In this document: positions 33,958-40,552 of the stretch, piece by piece
Layout of the letters: every line of letters starts with the position of its first letter
Numbering within the stretch: the stretch's first letter is position 1
The notes under the pieces: model-generated
Told to the model about the DNA's origin: nothing
The model's database searches: none
The model's input: the letters and a program-made list of their open reading frames with translations, nothing else
Source of the DNA: Aeromicrobium sp.
Lineage (GTDB): Bacteria; Actinomycetota; Actinomycetes; Propionibacteriales; Nocardioidaceae
Length of the DNA: 40,552 bases
Assembly: GCA_036676545.1 (NCBI GenBank)
Contig: JAKFCR010000123.1
Coordinates: forward strand, 1-40,552
Direction of reading: 5' to 3'
Position numbers and translations under genes: made by a program

Positions 33958-36540
33958 ATGACACTCAGGCGCCTGCTGTTCCGTGCCGTCGTCCCGTTGT
34001 CTGTCTTTGCCGTGCTCGCAACCCTGATGGTTTCGCACGGGATCAGTAGCGCAAGCGATGGACAGGGAGACGAGCAGGCGAGCGCGGGCACCCCCGCCGT
34101 GGTCCGGGATCGTGCGGTTCCTGTGATGCCAAAGGCGGAGCGTGAGCCGGCTCCGCCCCGCACGAGCAAAGACGACGCTGGAGAAGACGACCTCGCCGCC
34201 GCTGCGGACACGGTGGTCGCGCAGCTCCCTGCTACCAAGGTGGCAAAGTTCTCGCTGCTGGGCGTCACCTGGCGTGAGGGCTTGGTCGATGCTGATACTG
34301 CCGTCGAAGTGCGTTGGCGCGGCAACGACGGGTGGTCCGACTGGACTGAGCTCCACGTGGAGCCGTCGAACGAGGGCACTCCCGGAACTGAGCCCTACTG
34401 GGTCGGTAGCGCCGACGCCGCTGCTGTGCGTGTTCTTTCGACATCTGACGCTGCTCCTCGCGGACTCGAGCTCGCCACGATCGACCCAGGCAAGATGCCG
34501 ACGTCCTCGGGGCTGCGGACCGTTTCCGGGTCCGTTTCGCGACCGACGATCATTTCGCGCGCAGCATGGGGCGCCAACAACAGCGGAACGTGCAGCAGTC
34601 CCATTTACGGCTCGTCCCTGCGTGGAGCAGTGATTCACCACACGGCAGGAAGCAACACCGAACCGGCGGACCGATCGGCTGCAGTCGTGAAGGCGACGCA
34701 GGCGTATCACATGAACAGTCGCGACTGGTGCGACATCGCCTACAACTTCCTGGTCGACCGCTACGGCCAGATCTTCGAGGGACGCAAGGGCGGCATAGAC
34801 AAGGTCGTCCGCGGAGCCCACTCGGGCAACGGTTCGGTCAACGAACAGACCACCGGCATCGCGCTCATGGGCACGTTCACCACGGCCGCTCCCACGACGG
34901 CGATGAAGAGCGCGCTCGTACGCCTCACGGCGTGGAAGCTCAACCTTCACGGCGTTCCAGCCAAGGGCACGTACTCGCTGGGCGGGAAGACACTCAACCG
35001 AATCGCTGGCCACCGCAATGTCGTCAGCACGGAGTGCCCGGGGGCCACGGTGTATTCGTGGCTGACCTCCACCAGCTCGACAGGTTTGCGCACCCAGGTC
35101 GCGGACGCGATTGCGGCTGGCGCTGTGACCGCCGAGCGGCCTGCAACGGTGGCGTTGCCGACAGTCAAGGCGGGCTATCACTCAGCGCGCGTCTATTGGA
35201 CTGCGGTGCCCAACGCGACGACGTACGACGTGTGTCTGATGGCCGACAAGACCCAAACGTCTTGCTCGCGGCTGGTCACTGGGGTGACCGAACTGACGAC
35301 ATACCTGCAGGACCTCAAGCCGACCGCTGACACGGACTGGTACGTCAAGGTCCGGGCGCTCGATAATGGCGTCAAGGGCTACTGGTCGTCACTACGGGGA
35401 TTCAACCTCCAGACCGCAACTGGGAACACTGTCACCGTCCCGAGCTCTCGGGAGATCACCGTGCTGGGCCATGGCTATGGTCATGGCATCGGCATGAGCC
35501 AGTACGGTGCACAAGGCGCTGCGAAGCAGGGCGTGACATACGCCAGCATCCTTTCGCGCTACTACCCGGGCACCACGCTGGGCGAACGCTCGGGCAATAT
35601 CCGCGTGTTGATCTCCCAGGACACCACCGACCCCGTCGAGATCGCCGGACGATCAGGACTGGTGTTCCGCAATGTGGCAGCTCGCACGACCGTGACGCTG
35701 CCGACCTTGATCGGCGGCGACACGGTGACCCGCTGGCGAATCCTCCAGGTCACGAGCGACATGAGGCAGTCGACCTTGCAGTACAAGACCACGGGGGACT
35801 ACAAGAGCTACAACGCGACGCGTTGGACGGGTGACGGGCAGTTCGAAGGTCCCTCGTCGATCGGGCTGATCATGCCCGACGGCGCGACGCTCAAGTACCG
35901 CGGCGCGATCCGTTCGGCGGTGCCCTCGGCTGGCTCCACGAGCCGCAACACGGTCAACGTCGTATCCATCGAGAACTACGTGAGGGGTGTCATCGCAGCG
36001 GAGATGCCTTCGAGCTGGATGCCAGAAGCACTCAAGTCCCAGGCAGTCGCAGCTCGAACGTACGGGGTGCGCAGCATCACCTCGTCCCGCTACTACGACA
36101 TCTGCAGCACGACGTCGTGCCAGGTCTACGGAGGAGCGAGCCGAGAGACGACGAACACCGACTCCGCAGTCGCTGCCACCGCACGCAAGGTCCTCATGCA
36201 CGATGGCAAGCCCGCGTTCACGCAGTTCTCCTCGTCGTCGGGCGGTTACACCGCACCCGGCAGTCAGACGTACCTCAAGGCCGTCAGCGATCCGTGGGAC
36301 AACTGGACAGGCAACGCAAATCACGCCTGGAGCACGACCGTCTCGGCCTCGACGATCGAGAACGCCCATCCGACGATCGGCACGCTCAAGCAGCTCACGG
36401 TGACCAAACGAAATGGATACGGCGACTGGGGAGGTCGCGTCACGTCCGTGAGTCTTGTGGGATCTAAGACGACCGTCACGATTTCGGGGGACAGTGCACG
36501 TTGGTCATTCGGGTTGAAGTCCAACTGGTTCAGGTTCTGA
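33958..36540 (+). CDS. Secreted multidomain peptidoglycan hydrolase: PGRP/Amidase_2 + FN3-like + SpoIID/LytB
   Basis: Signal-peptide-like N-terminus; amidase motifs IHHTAG, DIAYNFLVD, GAHSG, GHRNV-TECPG; FN3-like W..V..A..Y...L.P...Y.V.VRA; SpoIID motifs GHGIGMSQYGA, YVRGVIAAEM, ALKSQAVAARTY and CQVY. Confidence 0.88.
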   Translation: MTLRRLLFRAVVPLSVFAVLATLMVSHGISSASDGQGDEQASAGTPAVVRDRAVPVMPKAEREPAPPRTSKDDAGEDDLAAAADTVVAQLPATKVAKFSLLGVTWREGLVDADTAVEVRWRGNDGWSDWTELHVEPSNEGTPGTEPYWVGSADAAAVRVLSTSDAAPRGLELATIDPGKMPTSSGLRTVSGSVSRPTIISRAAWGANNSGTCSSPIYGSSLRGAVIHHTAGSNTEPADRSAAVVKATQAYHMNSRDWCDIAYNFLVDRYGQIFEGRKGGIDKVVRGAHSGNGSVNEQTTGIALMGTFTTAAPTTAMKSALVRLTAWKLNLHGVPAKGTYSLGGKTLNRIAGHRNVVSTECPGATVYSWLTSTSSTGLRTQVADAIAAGAVTAERPATVALPTVKAGYHSARVYWTAVPNATTYDVCLMADKTQTSCSRLVTGVTELTTYLQDLKPTADTDWYVKVRALDNGVKGYWSSLRGFNLQTATGNTVTVPSSREITVLGHGYGHGIGMSQYGAQGAAKQGVTYASILSRYYPGTTLGERSGNIRVLISQDTTDPVEIAGRSGLVFRNVAARTTVTLPTLIGGDTVTRWRILQVTSDMRQSTLQYKTTGDYKSYNATRWTGDGQFEGPSSIGLIMPDGATLKYRGAIRSAVPSAGSTSRNTVNVVSIENYVRGVIAAEMPSSWMPEALKSQAVAARTYGVRSITSSRYYDICSTTSCQVYGGASRETTNTDSAVAATARKVLMHDGKPAFTQFSSSSGGYTAPGSQTYLKAVSDPWDNWTGNANHAWSTTVSASTIENAHPTIGTLKQLTVTKRNGYGDWGGRVTSVSLVGSKTTVTISGDSARWSFGLKSNWFRF

Positions 36541-36577
36541 ACTTCGGGCTGAGCGGTCGGGGGTTAGGGTCGAGCGT

Positions 36578-38215
36578 ATGCGTCCTTTCATCTCGGGAAC
36601 GATCGCAGCAGTGGCCCTCATCGCCTCGGTCTACGTTCCAGTCCATGCCGACAGCACGACACACCCCACAGCTGAGCCGGTTGAGGTAGGCACCACGACC
36701 GTCCCCGCGGTCACTGATGCCGTCGCCGAGGAGGCTGAGAAGGCCGATGACGATGCGGCCGACTTGGTCGCGCAACTGCCGGCCAGGCGGACGGACGACT
36801 TCGGTCTGGTCGGGGTGACTTGGACCCGTGGCTTCCAGGCAAAGGGGATGACGGTCCAGGTGCGACTCCGCACCGACGGCGCATGGGCAGACTGGGAAGA
36901 GCTCGAGGTCGACATCCATGAGGGCGAGAGCGGTCGTGACGGCACCGAACCCATGTGGGTCGGATCTGCAGACGGTGTCGCCGTGCGAGTCATGAGCCCG
37001 ACGGGTCAGCGACCCAGTGGTCTGTCGGTCTCCACCATCGATCCCGGTTCTGAGCCACGTGGCACGGCAAGTCCAGCGATCTACACCGGCGGCCTAGCCG
37101 GAGCCGTGACGCAGGTCGCCGACGGTTCACCGACCTACACCCCGAAACCCACCATCATCTCGCGCTCGTCGTGGGGCGCCAAGAAGAACACCTACTGCGA
37201 CAGTCCACGTGTCGGCAACGAGACGCGTGGCGTCGTCGTGCACCACACTGCTGGCAGCAACTCCTACTCCCAGTCCCAGTCGGCGGGCATCGTTCGAGCG
37301 GTGCAGGCCTTCCACATGAACGGTCGGGACTGGTGCGACATCGGCTACAACTTCCTGGTCGACAAGTACGGGCAGATCTTCGAGGGTCGTGTGGGTGGCG
37401 TTGACCGCGCCGTACGAGGTGCTCACGCCGGGCACAAGGGAGTGAACCTCTACACGATGGGCGTATCCATGATGGGCACGTATACGTCCTCGGAGCCCAG
37501 CCCAGAGACCAAGGACGCGATGGTCAAGCTCATCGGATGGCGTCTCGGAACGACATTCAACCAGGCGAAAGGTACCTACGGAGTCGGCCCGTACACGCTC
37601 AATCGCATTGCCGGTCACCGCAATGTCGTCGCCACCCAGTGCCCCGGCGCAGCGGCGTATGCCTGGCTAAGCGCAGACGGTGGACTACGCGATCGAGTGG
37701 CGGACTACATCGCCGATTACTCGTCCGACATCAAGACTCGTGTGGCGCAGTTGGGCAGGGACTACACCGGGCCGGTCTACATCGGCGAGTACCCGTTCAG
37801 TCAGGGTCCCGGCGGTCGAAAGGCTCGACTGGAACGTCTCGACATGTACTCCAGCTCATTTGGCACGTTCAGAGTGGGCGGAACGTACCGAGTGGGCTAC
37901 AAGTCGCGAGACGAGCAAGCGGGTGTTCTGGGTGTGCCCATTGCCGACGCGAAGAGCTCGTCGGTGAGCACGGTCTCGTTCCAGCGCTTCTCCAAGGGGA
38001 CCGTTTACCGCGTCGAGCTGGGTGACAAGGTGCTTCCCGTCCTGCTCTACTCGCGGATCGAGGACAAGTACATCGAGATCGGCGAGGCCACGAGCGCGCT
38101 TGGAGCGCCGACCAAGAGCATGTTCAAGATCTCCGACGGCATGTATCGCGCGTACTTCGAGCATGGTCACATGACGATGCGGACCGACGGCACGGTTGGC
38201 GTCTACCTGCACTGA
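36578..38215 (+). CDS. Secreted PGRP/Amidase_2 N-acetylmuramoyl-L-alanine amidase with C-terminal LGFP-like repeats
   Basis: Signal peptide; VHHTAG, DIGYNFLVD, GAHAG and GHRNVVATQCPG; LGVP...QRFSKG and LGAP...AYFEHG repeats. Confidence 0.88.
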   Translation: MRPFISGTIAAVALIASVYVPVHADSTTHPTAEPVEVGTTTVPAVTDAVAEEAEKADDDAADLVAQLPARRTDDFGLVGVTWTRGFQAKGMTVQVRLRTDGAWADWEELEVDIHEGESGRDGTEPMWVGSADGVAVRVMSPTGQRPSGLSVSTIDPGSEPRGTASPAIYTGGLAGAVTQVADGSPTYTPKPTIISRSSWGAKKNTYCDSPRVGNETRGVVVHHTAGSNSYSQSQSAGIVRAVQAFHMNGRDWCDIGYNFLVDKYGQIFEGRVGGVDRAVRGAHAGHKGVNLYTMGVSMMGTYTSSEPSPETKDAMVKLIGWRLGTTFNQAKGTYGVGPYTLNRIAGHRNVVATQCPGAAAYAWLSADGGLRDRVADYIADYSSDIKTRVAQLGRDYTGPVYIGEYPFSQGPGGRKARLERLDMYSSSFGTFRVGGTYRVGYKSRDEQAGVLGVPIADAKSSSVSTVSFQRFSKGTVYRVELGDKVLPVLLYSRIEDKYIEIGEATSALGAPTKSMFKISDGMYRAYFEHGHMTMRTDGTVGVYLH

Positions 38216-38255
38216 TGTGCACGCGTCGTTGATGGCGGAATGGGATACTCACTCC

Positions 38256-38630
38256 ATGCCTGCACTTTCCAAGTCGATCGCGATCTCGCTGACCGTCAAC
38301 GCGCTGTCCCTTGCGTTCGCTGCATGGATCTTTGACCGGTTCAACATCCGGTTCGGTTGGTTCGTCCTGGCAGTCGTGCTGGTCACGGTGCTGTCCGTGA
38401 CATTGCGCGAGATCGTCATCGGCACCGTCAACCGATTCGCCCGCGGCTACACGATCGCCGGCGGCCTGGTGCTGACCGCGCTGGTGCTGTTGCTGACGGA
38501 GCTGGTCGTTCCCGAGACCGGGTTCTACATCGACGGCTGGGGTACCTGGATCGGTGTGGTCCTCATCGTCTGGGCAGCCGGCATCGCCTACGGCGAAGTC
38601 GACAAGAAGGCACCTGCACCCCGCGCTTAG
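38256..38630 (+). CDS. 4-TM membrane protein resembling the superfamily IV phage-holin-like family
   Basis: Four hydrophobic segments, with NALSLAFAAW and GFYIDGW patterns. GATACT -10 box 6 nt upstream of ATG. Confidence 0.5.
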   Translation: MPALSKSIAISLTVNALSLAFAAWIFDRFNIRFGWFVLAVVLVTVLSVTLREIVIGTVNRFARGYTIAGGLVLTALVLLLTELVVPETGFYIDGWGTWIGVVLIVWAAGIAYGEVDKKAPAPRA

Positions 38631-38760
38631 CTTGCTCAGCAAGCGATGCGGGCGTGCAGGTGGGCTAGGGAGCGAAGCGACCGGGAGCGTCCGCGCGGCG
38701 AAGCCGCCACGCGCGAAGCCCTGGTGAGACGGCCACGCAACGCAACCCACGCGCCTAGGT
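38630..38760. repeat. REP-like multi-hairpin element between convergent genes
   Basis: GCTTGC-TCA-GCAAGC (38630-44) and three GCGAAGC mini-hairpins (38672, 38698, 38713). Confidence 0.6.
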
Positions 38761-38766
38761 CGCTAG

Positions 38767-40536
38767 CTACTCCGCCGCGTCCTTGATCTCGGCGATGACC
38801 TGACCGGACGTGACGGTGGCGCCGACCTCGATCGAGAGACCCGTCACGACACCGTCGCGGTGTGCGTTGATGGGCTGCTCCATCTTCATGGCCTCGACGA
38901 CCACGATCTGATCGCCGGCAGCAACGGTCTGACCTTCTTCGACGGCGATCTTGACGACGGTGCCCTGCATCGGAGCGGTGAGTGAGTCGCCGCTGGCGGC
39001 AGCGCCAGCCGCCTTGCCACCCTTGCGCTTGGGCTTCTTGGGACCAGCAGCAGCAGCTGAAGCGCCGAGCCCGCCGGGCAGGACGACCTCGACGCGCTTG
39101 CCGCCGACCTCGACCACGACGCGCTCGCGCTCCGCGGGCTCGTCGCCTTCGGCTGCATCGCCCGCGTACGGCTCGAGCTCGTTGACGTAGTCGGTCTCGA
39201 TCCAGGTCGTGTAGACCGTGAACTTACCGTCAGGAGCAGCGAATGCCGGATCGTCGACGACCGAGCGGTGGAACGGGATCACCGTGGGCATGCCGTCGAC
39301 GACGAACTCGTCGAGGGCGCGGCGTGACCGCTGCAGGACCTGCTCGCGCGACGTACCGGTGATGATCAGCTTGGCAACGAGGGAGTCGAACGAACCTGGG
39401 ATCGTCTCGCCCTCTTCGTAGCCGCCGTCGAGGCGTACGCCGGGGCCCGACGGGGGAGCCCACTTGGTCAGCGTGCCGGGAGCCGGGAGGAAGCCGCGGC
39501 CCCCGTCTTCGGCGTTGATGCGGAACTCCATCGAGTGGCCGCGGACCTCGGGATCGTCGTAGCCGAGCTCTTCGCCGGCAGCGATGCGGAACATCTCGCG
39601 TACGAGGTCGATTCCGGTGACCTCTTCGGAAACGGGGTGCTCGACCTGGAGGCGCGTGTTGACCTCGAGGAAGCTGATCGTGCCATCGGCGGCGACGAGG
39701 AACTCGCACGTACCGGCGCCTACGTAGCCGGCTTCCTTGAGGATGGCCTTGGACGACGAGTAGAGGCGCTCGTTCTGGTCGTCGGTCAGGAAGGGCGCGG
39801 GCGCCTCCTCGACGAGCTTCTGGTGGCGACGCTGCAATGAGCAGTCGCGTGTCGAGATGACGACGACGTTGCCGTGGCTGTCGGCGAGGCACTGGGTCTC
39901 AACGTGACGGGGCTTGTCGAGGAACTTCTCGACCAGGCACTCGCCGCGACCGAAGGCGCTGACGGCCTCGCGTACGGCCGATTCGAACAGCTCGGGGATC
40001 TCTTCGATCGTGCGGGCGACCTTGAGTCCACGACCGCCGCCGCCGAACACTGCCTTGATGGCGACCGGCAGGCCGTTCTCCTTGGCGAAGGCGATGACTT
40101 CGTCGGCGTCCTTGACGGCGTCCTTGGTGCCCGGCGCGAGCGGTGCGTTCGCCTTCAGTGCGAGCTGCTTGGCCTTGGCCTTGTCACCGAGGTTCTCAAT
40201 CGCGTGCGGGGGAGGGCCGATCCAGATCAGCCCGGCGTCAATGACGGCCTGGGCGAAGTCGGCGTTCTCGGCGAGGAAGCCGTAGCCGGGGTGCACGCTG
40301 TCGGCACCGGAGCGCTCAGCGATGGCGAGGATCTTCTCGATCGAGAGGTAGGACTCGGCCGGAGTGGAGCCCTCGAGGGAGTAAGCCTCGTCGGCGAGAC
40401 GTACGAAGACTGAGTCACGATCGGGCTCCGCGTAGACGGCGACGCTTCCGATGCCGGAGTCCTTGCAGGCGCGAATCACGCGAACGGCGATTTCGCCGCG
40501 GTTGGCGATCAGGACCTTGGACAGGGGCTTGCTCAC
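38767..40536 (-). CDS. accA: Acetyl/propionyl-CoA carboxylase alpha subunit (biotin carboxylase + BCCP)
   Basis: [38 protein letters not shown] and biotinylation motif EAMKM; GAGGAG RBS. Confidence 0.96.
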   Translation of the reverse strand: MSKPLSKVLIANRGEIAVRVIRACKDSGIGSVAVYAEPDRDSVFVRLADEAYSLEGSTPAESYLSIEKILAIAERSGADSVHPGYGFLAENADFAQAVIDAGLIWIGPPPHAIENLGDKAKAKQLALKANAPLAPGTKDAVKDADEVIAFAKENGLPVAIKAVFGGGGRGLKVARTIEEIPELFESAVREAVSAFGRGECLVEKFLDKPRHVETQCLADSHGNVVVISTRDCSLQRRHQKLVEEAPAPFLTDDQNERLYSSSKAILKEAGYVGAGTCEFLVAADGTISFLEVNTRLQVEHPVSEEVTGIDLVREMFRIAAGEELGYDDPEVRGHSMEFRINAEDGGRGFLPAPGTLTKWAPPSGPGVRLDGGYEEGETIPGSFDSLVAKLIITGTSREQVLQRSRRALDEFVVDGMPTVIPFHRSVVDDPAFAAPDGKFTVYTTWIETDYVNELEPYAGDAAEGDEPAERERVVVEVGGKRVEVVLPGGLGASAAAAGPKKPKRKGGKAAGAAASGDSLTAPMQGTVVKIAVEEGQTVAAGDQIVVVEAMKMEQPINAHRDGVVTGLSIEVGATVTSGQVIAEIKDAAE

Positions 40537-40552
40537 GAAATGCTCTCCTCGA

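Noticed and set aside
33958-38630. Prophage lysis cassette
   Set aside because: No phage structural, integrase or replication genes; the amidases carry signal peptides and cellular-type domains.
1-40552. Abundant TCGA-core palindromes (GTCGAC, CTCGAG) and CGATCG; search for CRISPR, tRNA, rRNA and IS elements
   Set aside because: These palindromes are plausibly explained by common NTC-GAN and ATC codon use; no repeat-spacer array, structural RNA gene or transposase was recognised.

Overview
High-GC actinobacterial chromosome segment (gene content and order suggest a Nocardioidaceae-like organism; this is inference). The backbone is the conserved actinobacterial nucleoside-salvage region: nucleoside ABC transporter, cdd, deoA and add on the + strand; a kinase, two ALDH genes, deoC, a phospho-sugar mutase and punA on the - strand; then lpdA and accA. 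An ~18 kb block interrupts it, holding korAB, a LacI-regulated L-arabinose operon (YtfQRT-YjfF-type ABC, araBDA), an HspR-site lon gene and small stress/redox genes. Near the right end are two tandem secreted PGRP-type amidases, one fused to an FN3-like domain and a permuted SpoIID domain. No tRNA, rRNA, CRISPR, integrase or transposase was seen. Most notable: (1) the amidase-SpoIID fusion locus with an unusual upstream motif cluster; (2) a 14-bp perfect inverted-repeat element in front of korA; (3) a three-way-junction RNA structure with an anti-SD in the arabinose operon leader; (4) a P450 lacking the I-helix Thr, embedded between cdd and deoA; (5) a split ALDH16-like pair after deoC; (6) strong over-representation of the palindrome CGTACG. 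All calls are from motif reading by eye; no database search was run.
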